A stretch of DNA of 63,719 nucleotides, filler included, from Octopus bimaculoides (lineage: Eukaryota): assembly GCF_001194135.2 (NCBI RefSeq). It is 8 parts of 6 records of this genome, joined end to end, with 100 filler letters (N's around TTAATTAATTAA, not from the genome) between each part and the next. Parts side by side here need not be neighbours in the genome. Positions count along the whole stretch, not along the records: positions 1 to 5,588 come from NC_068982.1; positions 5,689 to 11,419 come from NC_068981.1; 6 more parts are not named here. One strand, written 5' to 3'. The notes under the pieces are model-generated. The model was given only the letters and a program-made list of their open reading frames with translations. It was not told where the DNA came from and ran no database searches. How positions within the stretch are numbered: the stretch's first letter is position 1; every line of letters starts with the position of its first letter. The translations under genes were made by a program, and so were the position numbers. This document shows, piece after piece, positions 1 through 10,900 of the stretch.

Positions 1-20
1 TATATATATATATATATATG

Positions 21-60
<40 letters not shown>

Positions 61-75
61 CATAAATATATCAAG

Positions 76-526
76 ATAGGAATATTGCATTTCTTTATCT
101 GTCAGGGAGACTTTTACAGTAGCAGCAAGATAGAGTGATGGTTTGTTGCCAACTTAATGTGGCAGTTCCAGGAAAGGAAAGAATGCTACTGCTATTTAGC
201 CCCAGGATAACCGTTTCCAGTTCGCTATGTGACACAAGCGTTTTGTGTCCTTAAGTTTTCAAACAAGGGAGATAAGCACCGCCACCCAGCAAACCCAGCA
301 TCCAGAGACTAGTTTCAGAGTCATTACTTTTCATCAGTCTGGAGTAGCTTGCCTTGCTAGCCGTGGATGCTTAGTCACCGTTGAAAACTGATAGCAATTT
401 CAAATGAAATAAATTCACTGACCTACAGAATTAGAAATATTGCATTTCTAAATCTCAGAGAAACTTATACAATAGCAGCACGATAAAGTGATGGTTTGTT
501 GCACAAGCGCTCAGTGTCCTTTAAAT
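76..526 (-). mobile_element. Hammerhead-containing ~355 bp tandem repeat (retrozyme/satellite-like), about 1.3 units
   Basis: AATATTGCATTTCT occurs at 81 and 436 (period 355). The hammerhead core is on the minus strand at 301-343. The second unit (432-526) is partial and internally deleted. Confidence 0.75.
301..343 (-). ncRNA. Minimal type I hammerhead ribozyme
   Basis: Minus strand reads TCCAGA-CTGATGA-AAAGTAATGACTCT-GAAAC-TA-GTC-TCTGGA: perfect 6-bp stem I, intact core, stem II 4/5 pairs, palindromic ACTAGT stem III. Predicted cut between 307 and 306. Confidence 0.8.
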
Positions 527-528
527 TC

Positions 529-908
529 TCTCGATGTTGGCTTTGCTGGGTGGATATGTTAATCTCCCCTGTTTGAAAATTTAAGGACACAGCGCGCTTG
601 TCATAGCCAACTGGAAACGGTGTTTCCTGGGAATGAATAGCAGTAGTATTCGTCCCTTCCCACATTAAGTTGGCAACAAACCATCACTTTATCGTGCTGT
701 TACTGTATAAGTCTCTCTGATAGATTTAGAAATGCAATATTTCTAATCTTGTAGATCAGTGAATTTATTTCACTTGAAATTCCTATAAGTTTTCAAAGGT
801 GAATAAGCATCGATAGCTAGCAAGCCAAGCTACTCCAGACTGATGAATAGCAATGACTCCGAAACTAGTCTCGGGAGGCTGGCTTTGCTGGAAGGAGGTA
901 CTTATCTC
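529..908 (+). mobile_element. Inverted copy of the hammerhead repeat: one cleavage-to-cleavage monomer (529-870) plus 38 nt
   Basis: Diverged reverse complement of 76-431 in permuted order. GGCTTTGCTGG occurs at 539 and 881 (period 342). Confidence 0.75.
833..877 (+). ncRNA. Minimal type I hammerhead ribozyme (stem II degenerate)
   Basis: CTCCAGA-CTGATGA-ATAGCAATGACTCC-GAAAC-TA-GTC-TCGGGAG: stem I 6/7 pairs, intact core, same ACTAGT palindrome. Predicted cut between 870 and 871. Confidence 0.72.
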
Positions 909-2347
909 CCCTGTTTCATTATTAGTTGATGCTATATTATCCGTTAGATTTTAATTTAATGGTGTAGTACACAAATTTCACTTTATGCCTATTAAAAATT
1001 TTACCATATTTACTAAAGTGGAGAAAGTATTAATCTAAAGTCTTTAAACAGTTCCTAGCATATATAATCGGATTGAACCACGTGATATTCCGATTATATA
1101 ACCAGATTTTACTCATTTTATTGCCACTGAGTGTTACTAGGTCAAAGATTCTTCTGCAGTTGTAGCAGGTGTTATCCACGAATAAAGATGTTTTTATCTG
1201 TCTATTTAATACGTCTATTTCTCTTAGAATGATGTCTCAAACTTATCAAATGTCCGGATTAAGGGGCGCCCTATCTTCATCTTACCTACTGCCTCGCTAT
1301 CATATTTTCTTACCAATGTTACATACTACTGCTTACCTAATAAAAAAAAAATCAATAGATACGTATATATATGCCAGAAAAGGAAACAGAACAAAAGCAA
1401 AGCTACGTTGCAATCCCATTGCCCCGCCCACAGGATGAATCAAAAATACCTAAGGGTCTTTACAAACTGAAAATAGCTTTACAGTCTGAAGAAGGTAACT
1501 GAGCAGCAGTACTTAAATATATAAATATGTGTGTGCATAAGTATATATGTATGTATGTATGTATGTATGTGTGTGCGTGTGTGTGTTTTCTGAAACTCAG
1601 TAAAATGCGAGAGCTCCAGTAGATGAATAATGATATTTTAGTGAAGTATTTATTGCATGTCGTTGTTGTGAAGTAAAAAGGGCAATACATTAAGAGATAT
1701 TGAGGGAACTATATTCATAATAGGTAAGAGATATAGAGTAGAAGAAATATTAGATAGTGCAAAACTGATTTAGAGATGGGTGAATGGACAGAAACAATGA
1801 TAAATTGAAATATGAGTAAATGAGAAGAAAAATACAATATGCTATATGGAATAATTCAACAGGCAGATAAATAAATATAATGATAAGTGTTTAGGGAATA
1901 TAATAGCGGAAAGGAAGAGAACGGTGGAAAAACAAAAAAAGGGGAGTGTAAGATATACATGGATTAAAAAGAATTAATACATTGTGAAAAGTACAATAGC
2001 ATTAATATAACAGAAAGTAAACAGCTATTGTTTGGAAAACGAAAATGAAAGATGAAACACAACGGGAGAATGTTATACAAAATATGAAAACGTTTATTGT
2101 GAGTTGGAAGAGATAGCTAGTTACGCAGATACATACATATGCAAACGCACATCCATATGAATACATGCCTATACGTACGTACTCAATCATATATACATCC
2201 ATCCATCCATCCACACATACATACATACATACATACACACATACATACGCATACATATATATGAAGAGTGAGAGGGAGTGAGAGAGATTTATTAATTGAT
2301 AAATAGCTGACAGATAGCTAGATATATAAATAGATTGTTAGATAGAT

Positions 2348-2404
<57 letters not shown>

Positions 2405-3098
2405 NNNNNNNNNNNNNNNNNNNNNNNNNNNNNNNNNNNNNNNNNNNNNNNNNNNNNNNNNNNNNNNNNNNNNNNNNNNNNNNNNNNNNNNNNNNNNNNN
2501 NNNNNNNNNNNNNNNNNNNNNNNNNNNNNNNNNNNNNNNNNNNNNNNNNNNNNNNNNNNNNNNNNNNNNNNNNNNNNNNNNNNNNNNNNNNNNNNNNNNN
2601 NNNNNNNNNNNNNNNNNNNNNNNNNNNNNNNNNNNNNNNNNNNNNNNNNNNNNNNNNNNNNNNNNNNNNNNNNNNNNNNNNNNNNNNNNNNNNNNNNNNN
2701 NNNNNNNNNNNNNNNNNNNNNNNNNNNNNNNNNNNNNNNNNNNNNNNNNNNNNNNNNNNNNNNNNNNNNNNNNNNNNNNNNNNNNNNNNNNNNNNNNNNN
2801 NNNNNNNNNNNNNNNNNNNNNNNNNNNNNNNNNNNNNNNNNNNNNNNNNNNNNNNNNNNNNNNNNNNNNNNNNNNNNNNNNNNNNNNNNNNNNNNNNNNN
2901 NNNNNNNNNNNNNNNNNNNNNNNNNNNNNNNNNNNNNNNNNNNNNNNNNNNNNNNNNNNNNNNNNNNNNNNNNNNNNNNNNNNNNNNNNNNNNNNNNNNN
3001 NNNNNNNNNNNNNNNNNNNNNNNNNNNNNNNNNNNNNNNNNNNNNNNNNNNNNNNNNNNNNNNNNNNNNNNNNTGGAGGTCCGTGAATTAAATTCTAA

Positions 3099-3134
<36 letters not shown>

Positions 3135-5329
3135 AGGATAAACATATTAAAAGGGGTCCATAGGAAAACTCATTTACATAAAATGGTTGGGAGCCACTGT
3201 TTGGACTGTTGACGCTGTTGATGGTCTAAAATTTAGGCAATTCACAGATGTAATTCTAGCACCATTTACTGCAGAAAGAAGTAGGGGCCCAGTAAAAACT
3301 CGTCCGCCACCTGACACAATTCCCATGTCAAGGCTATCATGTCAACCTCTTTACAGCAACACCACAGTAATTAAAAGCTATTATCCAAATATAAGGATAA
3401 TTAAGAAATACGATACACGAGTAAAACCTGAGAATCGCACATTTAATACAATATAATTGCAATGAAAAGTAACTAACCAATTAATAATAATTTTATCCTC
3501 GGCCTTTCTTGTGTGAAGCTGAATATCGTCTGACAAACCATTTGCAAATATGGAATATCGTTCTTGTGGTCACCGAGAAACCAACTGATTTATCTTTTGA
3601 CTAAATGATTATTTCAATAACCGAATATTCAGTTCATTGATTCGTGGGTTATTTGACTAATAATAATATCATTCAGGGAAATTGAAGCCATTCGCGTATT
3701 TTAAGGGCAAACCTTCCAGTTTACAATGTTTTAACATACCATACATGCACACGCATGCACATGTATACATATTAATGCAGGTATTTTTATGCATTTTATT
3801 AATCTGCGATTGGGTATCATTTAATACGAAGCAAAATATGAACTGTCACAATGAAATGCAAGTGAGTGAGAACGTTTTATTATTATTACTTCACATCCAG
3901 CAAAAAAGAAATGATTCACTAAACCATATACCACGTGCACGTACACCTCCATTTTGAAGTTACACAGCTCATACAGCCGTATGAATTCCTTTATATACAC
4001 ATAGATATATGAATGTTTTAAGGGAAGAGAGAAAGAGAATAAGTAAGTGTGATAATATTAAGGAATATTATCTCAAATGAATAAAGCCTTACTTTCAATG
4101 GATACCGATGTAATATTCTATGATTTGGTTCGAGTTAACATTCAATTATTTGCATGGCAAATACTATAAAAATCCTACACACTAAATCACTTCCGAAATT
4201 GTAAGCTGTGTAAAAAGAACAACAACTTTTTTTCTGAAAATATGCACCTTGTAAAATGTTTTAGCATAATGCACTGGAGTTACATGCTTTTAATTACATC
4301 CTATTTCACTGCAACGAGACTACATCCAAATACAATTTTTATTTTGAAGATATGCCTCAAATTTCCGTTCAACGCTGTGACCCACAGAATAAAGGGGAGT
4401 GTGGAAATCTGATAACAATATTCTAGATTATTATGTAGTCATTGCTTTGTGGTTTAGAAACGCTGCAATTATTTTCTGTACGGCATTAAATCCAAGACAT
4501 CTACTACATACGCAGCCAATTCGTAAGAACGTAACATTTGAATGATGTAAACACCGAATATGCGTGTATATAATGATACTGTTTTTCTCTGTTATATTGG
4601 TGCGCTACGGTGGATTATTTAAGACTTGGCTCTTATTTCTAGCAGGTAGATGCTCATTAAGCATCATTACGATATTTCATAGCTCCTTAAAGCTATCATA
4701 ACTGCGTTCCACCAATGCTACTACTGGTGATATCATCAAATTTTGAATTTATCCACAGATGATATGAACAGTAGTGACATCTAACTTCAAATCTCAGTGT
4801 TTGAATATTTCATTTAAATATATATATATATATATATANNNNNNNNNNNNNNNNNNNNNNNNNNNNNNNNNNNNNNNNNNNNNNNNNNNNNNNNNNNNNN
4901 NNNNNNNNNNNNNNNNNNNNNNNNNNNNNNNNNNNNNNNNNNNNNNNNNNNNNNNNNNNNNNNNNNNNNNNNNNNNNNNNNNNNNNNNNNNNNNNNNNNN
5001 NNNNNNNNNNNNNNNNNNNNNNNNNNNNNNNNNNNNNNNNNNNNNNNNNNNNNNNNNNNNNNNNNNNNNNNNNNNNNNNNNNNNNNNNNNNNNNNNNNNN
5101 NNNNNNNNNNNNNNNNNNNNNNNNNNNNNNNNNNNNNNNNNNNNNNNNNNNNNNNNNNNNNNNNNNNNNNNNNNNNNNNNNNTATGTATATATATATATA
5201 TCAGAAGTGAGGGCACATGATGATGCTCTCACGATCGCCAGATATTGGTTTCGATTCCAAGATCAAGTGTTGCGTTGTGTTCGTAGTCGCCCATGCATCC
5301 CACCCTCCTCTCTCTACGCCGCTGCGATA

Positions 5330-5588
5330 CAGAAAGACCGATACGAAAACACAAAACAACAAATTCAGTGCACTTTCACAATTACCAGAGAAAACAATGG
5401 AAGAACAGTGGTGCAGTCTGAGTGAAGACTGGAGGACGACAAGCAGTCCTGGGGAAGTGAACGAAGAAACGTAAGGAGTGGTTAACAACAAAGACATGGA
5501 AACTGATCACAGAGAGAAAACAACTGAAAGACCAGATCAGCCAGACACATGATCAAGGACAGAAGCATAAACACCAACCACAAACTTC
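5330..5588 (+). mobile_element. RTE-like LINE ORF2 fragment (endonuclease-RT linker), gap-bounded
   Basis: Frameshifted peptides NKFSALSQLPEKTMEEQWCSL and VLGK*TKKRKEWLTTKTWKLITERKQLKDQI resemble the NRFxxL...W...KEWLT..TW.LI.ERK.LK linker of RTE ORF2. Confidence 0.55.
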
Positions 5589-5632
5589 NNNNNNNNNNNN
5601 NNNNNNNNNNNNNNNNNNNNNNNNNNNNNNNN

Positions 5633-5644
5633 TTAATTAATTAA
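5633..5644. other. Assembly gap spacer TTAATTAATTAA
   Basis: The same 12-mer sits between two N runs here and at about 11464, 25595, 43017, 46186, 55541 and 62264; it has stops in all six frames. Confidence 0.9.
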
Positions 5645-5752
5645 NNNNNNNNNNNNNNNNNNNNNNNNNNNNNNNNNNNNNNNNNNNNTGTATGTATGTA
5701 TGTCGTGTACTTTTCCGTTCTATTTTTAATATACCTTATCATTTCCCTTGCC

Positions 5753-5792
<40 letters not shown>

Positions 5793-6150
5793 CCGCAGCC
5801 ACTTGGCTGAAACACATAAATAAATAAAAAATAAATAAATATATATATATCAAATAGGTAAGGATAATAATAATATATATTATAAATAGAATGGAAAACT
5901 ACATGACACAATATTTTACTAAGTTCCCGTGTGATAAAACAACTCACACCGTATCACACTCGATTAACAGGTAAAAGAGGAAACAAATAATTAGCTATGT
6001 CCTGGTTACTTCAAACGTTCTCTAAATTATGTAGGCCACGAGTAATTTGACTTAATATCAGATACTACAAGAAAAGTTTTCCGTAATTTTGTTAGTTCCG
6101 CCTGTTTATATTTATAATTTCTTTAGTTTTGATTAAGCTTTATGACATAT

Positions 6151-6185
6151 GGTAATTCCACTGCGTAACAAATATTGTATATAAG
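6151..6185 (+). promoter_or_regulatory. Probable IL-17 core promoter: TATA box with kB-like and C/EBP-like motifs
   Basis: TATATAAG at 6178-6185, GGTAATTCC at 6151-6159, TGCGTAA at 6162-6168; about 135 nt upstream of the candidate ATG at 6319. Motif matches only. Confidence 0.45.
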
Positions 6186-6318
6186 AAATCTCAGAGTAGC
6201 TGGTAACATCACCAGCGAATATTGTTTTGAAAAACTAACACGCTTAAGATTTGCTTGATAATATAAGCATATATAATACTACAAACATCCTTTCCATTCC
6301 AAGTGACCAACCATTATA

Positions 6319-6333
6319 ATGAATACCACCAAC
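6319..6333 (+). CDS. Candidate first coding exon of the IL-17-like gene (MNTTN)
   Basis: ATG AAT ACC ACC AAC is followed directly by a consensus GTAAGT donor (6334). Phase 0 matches the CAG|GTC acceptor at 7369/7370. Confidence 0.6.
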
Positions 6334-6538
6334 GTAAGTAAACATACATTGTTACTATCAACTGTTATAGTTATATCTTCAGTCTTATTTCTATGCTTAC
6401 TCTCGAATCATTCATGGAAAGATCAACTTTTGTTCCAATGAGTGACTGAATATTCTTGTGCCTTACTTAGACATGTGATACGTATTCTTATGGCTTTGGA
6501 GTATTGATCTAATTCTTTGCTTTCACACACACACACAC

Positions 6539-6587
<49 letters not shown>

Positions 6588-6598
6588 NNNNNNNNNNC

Positions 6599-6644
<46 letters not shown>

Positions 6645-7363
6645 ATATATACATATATATATATATTTATAAGAGGCAACGTATATTTTTATACATTCAT
6701 TATATACATGTAATTTTTCGTTACAAATTCGAATTTATCTAAAACTGCAGTAGAGTGTGTGTGAGCGCAAATTTGGCAGATGTTAAGTAGATTTTGAGCA
6801 AATTCTTTTAAAAACCTTAAACCAGAAGGATATGTAGCCCATAGTCTGTGTAATCATTTACCTATCAATTTAGTTATCTATTGGTTAAAGTAAAGAACCA
6901 CTTTCGTCGTAAATGTCCATGGGAGATTTCCAAGAGGGTTCCTTACCAAGGCAAAAATCCGGCCAATTCATACCACCCTCTCCTTTCCAGCATAAAATGA
7001 TTTTGTGGAGAACTAATTGTATTTGTAGGAGCTGGGAAGTATTTAGACAGAGAGTAGTAGGAGGAGGAATAAATTTCTATTTTAGGGTTACATACTGAGA
7101 CTATTAGAGAATTATAGTCATAGAGGTGGAAGATGGGAGGAAGAGAGAAGCGTCGGTTAGGTTGTATGTGAATGGTAAGCTTTGTTAGTTTGTATGAAGG
7201 CAATAGACTTAAAGGTTGAGATTGGTTCAGTGCCTAAGAGAGACTGAAGATTTGGGTTGATGTGTGCTACAGATATAATATATTATTTTCGATTTTGTTC
7301 ATTCATTTAGATATATATCATATTGAAATGCAATTACTCATCTTAACATAAACATTTTATATC

Positions 7364-7897
7364 ATGCAGGTCCTCCTCCAGGCTGTAATCTTCCTTCTCA
7401 CCAACGTCGTATTGTTCATATCCTCGGCGTCAATTCCAACTCAATGTAATATACCAAAAGACTTGAAAGTCCAATACGAGAAACTATCCAGCGCAGCGAT
7501 CGGCAATAACTTTTTTCTACCAGCTGAAATAGCTCCAGGAGGAAGTGACCAACAAGAACTGACCGAAGGGGATAAAACGTGCCCAACATCTCCTGTATCT
7601 ACTGATATCATTCGCGAGCGTTCAACCTGCCCATGGTACCTGAAAATTACCCACAATTCGACATATTTTCCTCCATCACGCACTGAAGTCGTTTGTCGCT
7701 GTACAGACTGTCTGGACTCTGACAGTAATCATCAATGTGTGATGGTATATACTCCGATGACTGTCTTGGAACGTACAGCTACATGTGTTGATGGACTGTA
7801 CGTTTATAAACCAAGTGTCATCCATGTAGCCACAGCCTGTGCGTGCGCACGGAAAGTCGATGTAATATCCGGAGATGACGACGAATATGAGTCATAA
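7364..7897 (+). CDS. IL17: Interleukin-17-like secreted cytokine (main exon; starts at 7370 if spliced)
   Basis: Hydrophobic signal peptide, then RERSTCPWY...YFP...VVCRCTDC...CVMVYTPMTVL...C...VATACAC, the IL-17 cystine-knot pattern with the extra invertebrate cysteines. Intact 177-codon ORF. Confidence 0.93.
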   Translation: MQVLLQAVIFLLTNVVLFISSASIPTQCNIPKDLKVQYEKLSSAAIGNNFFLPAEIAPGGSDQQELTEGDKTCPTSPVSTDIIRERSTCPWYLKITHNSTYFPPSRTEVVCRCTDCLDSDSNHQCVMVYTPMTVLERTATCVDGLYVYKPSVIHVATACACARKVDVISGDDDEYES

Positions 7898-8830
7898 TAT
7901 CGGCCAAAATCATCAAACATTCAATTGTGTGTAACACAAAGGTTTTTCATAATGTTATGGAAGTTTAAGTAAACCACTGTGTGGTTGTTATAAGAAACAC
8001 ATACGAAACATGCACACACACGAAAAATTATACAAGCGTGCATATTTAAATGCGTGCCCTCTCGCTATTTCTTTCTCTCTATCTCATTCTCTCTCACTTT
8101 GTCTGTATATGTACACACGAACACATACATACAATGTCACACACATACACACAAGCACACACACACAAAGACTGACACGCACATGCACACACATATATAT
8201 ACAAATATAAATATATATGTACATATAAATATTCATATATTTACATGTATATAAGTATATATTTGAAAATACATTCATACATACATTGGCAAAAACCAGT
8301 TTTGTTTCGTAAATGCTGTTGAAAAATATTTCTTGCAAATTATTTTGTTTTTTTCTGTTTTGTAAACACTGAGGGGAACTCTTATCTTACTTTTTATCAT
8401 ATTTAGCTGATTATGAATATTTGCAATAGTTTTACCTAAGCCTATATCAAGCTTCTTTTTATATAAATATTTGAAACCGATAAATGGTATGGAAATATCT
8501 TTACATATACGTGATATATTCCTAATATTAAATGCACCGACCTTCCTGGTTTAATCCTCATTATAAGAACAAACCATGCATGAAAATACAGACACCTGTA
8601 CACACATCAAATGCCCAGGGTATCCTTCTTTGTTACCATTTTATCGTATATATACAAAACATAACTACGTAACATAATTGTAATAATGAAAAACATTTAA
8701 TTCCATCTGAATAACATTTCAAAAACGTAGATAGAATTTTAAAAACAGTTAAGTGCCTAAATGTGAGGAAGTGCATGACTTGCGGTTTTTGGTATCATAT
8801 ACTTTTGTACATATAGACAGTATATATATA

Positions 8831-8939
<109 letters not shown>

Positions 8940-10599
8940 ATATGTATGTATACACATATACATACGTACATAAAGAGGGAGAGCAAGCGATGGAGAGAGA
9001 GAGAGAGTGAATGTCATATGAAGTTTTGATACTTGATAGATGAATATATATGAGATGAATATGTGATGTTTTACTTCTGACTTTCGTAGAATTACAGACC
9101 TTTCACAAATTTCTTCAACTATTAATTTCACTATGCAATGAATTATACTAACATGTTTTCGTTCATATCATCACTCATACTTGTACATAACAATTTTATA
9201 TTTACAAATTGATGCAAAAAAAAACAAAAAAACTAGCCTCCATGAATATTTGACATATCACAACCTTGTAATTGATGATTACGTGAACTGATAGACGAGT
9301 CTATAAGAGGAGATTACTGTGATAGCCGCAAGATTCTCTGAGTCCATATCCATATCATATGGTTACTTAAAAACCAGTACTGAGTCCACCAGTACATTCT
9401 CACTAATAATAACGTTTATGTAATATTTACATAAATATTTAATTTTAACTGTTATATAACTTTGAAACACATTACACACACACATACAGACACACATGGA
9501 TACATATGAGCATTTTTATATATATTTTAACATAATTTTATATATGTGTGTGAGCGGAGGTAGGCGTGAGTGTCTGTTTGTTTGTATGTGTATTTGCAGG
9601 TACACAGATGGTCTCACACATATATATGTCACTGTAACTGAAAAAATAATATTAAAAAAATATATTTTATTCAATTTTTTTCTATGTATATATTTTGAAT
9701 TATATCTATCATCCATAGAATGATTATAAAACTGTCTAAATATATTTTTCTGTTGCTTTTCCATAATTCAAAACATAAGACATATATGTTAAGTTGTATC
9801 ACTTATTTATTGTATTGTAAAGAATTGGATTCTAATATCAATAAAAAAAATATTTTAATACAAAACGTGTCCTTTTCTGTTCATATTTTCATTCTCTGGC
9901 CTGAATAAAGCCTGTAAACCTCCACTCACTAACTGCATGGCCAGCTGAACTTGCGTAAATGCACTAATACATAAAAAGTATGCAGTCAAATTTAGTGAAG
10001 TAGTTTTCCTACTCCACACTGGAAGGGAGAGCAATTTTGATTTAACACTATTTACTGTTTATATAATCTGACTTCGACTCAAATGGCTATGAAACAGGCA
10101 CATGAAGAGCATTTAATCGAGGTATAAATTTCACGGTATTCCCTCACTAGAACGACACACTATATATTAACCTCTGATACGAACGAACTGAGACAAGAAC
10201 CGAAGAAAATCACCAAAAATCGTTTTCAATTTCTTTAACGTGTTTCAATAATATTACTTCAAGAGGGCTAAAACCAATGAAAAATTTCAAAATCCACATT
10301 TTTCAGAATATTTTCTCTAAGTATCATAAGGAATAATGCCGTAATTTACATGCTAACTGCAAAATGGATTCAGAATTTCAGATGTTATTTGACAACATGC
10401 AAAATTAGGAACATAAATAAGCACCAAAGAATCTTATGAAACACACATAGAACATAATAAAAGTTCAACTCAAGTACTGAACCTGTTTCTGCAAACAAAA
10501 TAAGCAGATACTGCGTAAGCTAATTTCTATATTGAAGGAATAAATAAAATGCGTTGTATAATGAAATACATAAGCAAAGAAATCGCATGGCTGGAGAAG

Positions 10600-10900
10600 A
10601 GGAAGCACGGTTACTCCTTGGCCAATCAGAACAATGCGTGCCCAGAAGGCACTACCGCAAGTCGGGCACTGGTTGTCTTCTGAAACTGAGGCCGTGGAGT
10701 TGCGCAGTACACGTTTGGAATGCAACACATGGATTGTGTGAATGAGGGAGTAACTCTGACGCTGGTACATGAAATGCAATTCTGTGTTGTTCGACCGCTT
10801 TGGTTCTTACATGTCACCCAGCTTCCGCTTATCGATCCACGAAACTGTTTGCATGCAACAGTGGTCAAACCTCTAGCAAGGCTTCCATAGGCCGTCTAAA
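10600..10900 (-). mobile_element. Degenerate RTE/BovB-like LINE 3' end
   Basis: Frameshifted peptides AVEQHRI, SKRVLRNSTAS and CPTCGSAFWARIVLIG resemble the RTE C-terminal EQxRI...KRxLRKS...CPTCGRAFRARIGLIxH motif. Confidence 0.5.

Noticed and set aside
950-1140. Mariner-like transposase traces (also 4260-4430)
   Set aside because: Only faint similarity to SPDL/DYHLF motifs after assuming several indels; no terminal repeats found.
7172-7180. Alternative IL-17 first exon ATG|GTAAGC, in phase with the acceptor
   Set aside because: It lies in a purine-rich, repeat-like stretch with no TATA box; the 6319 exon has a better donor and promoter context. Not excluded.
6890-7260. Possible L1-like ORF2 remnant on the minus strand (WKGEGGMNWPDF)
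   Set aside because: One weak motif with many stops; too little to call.
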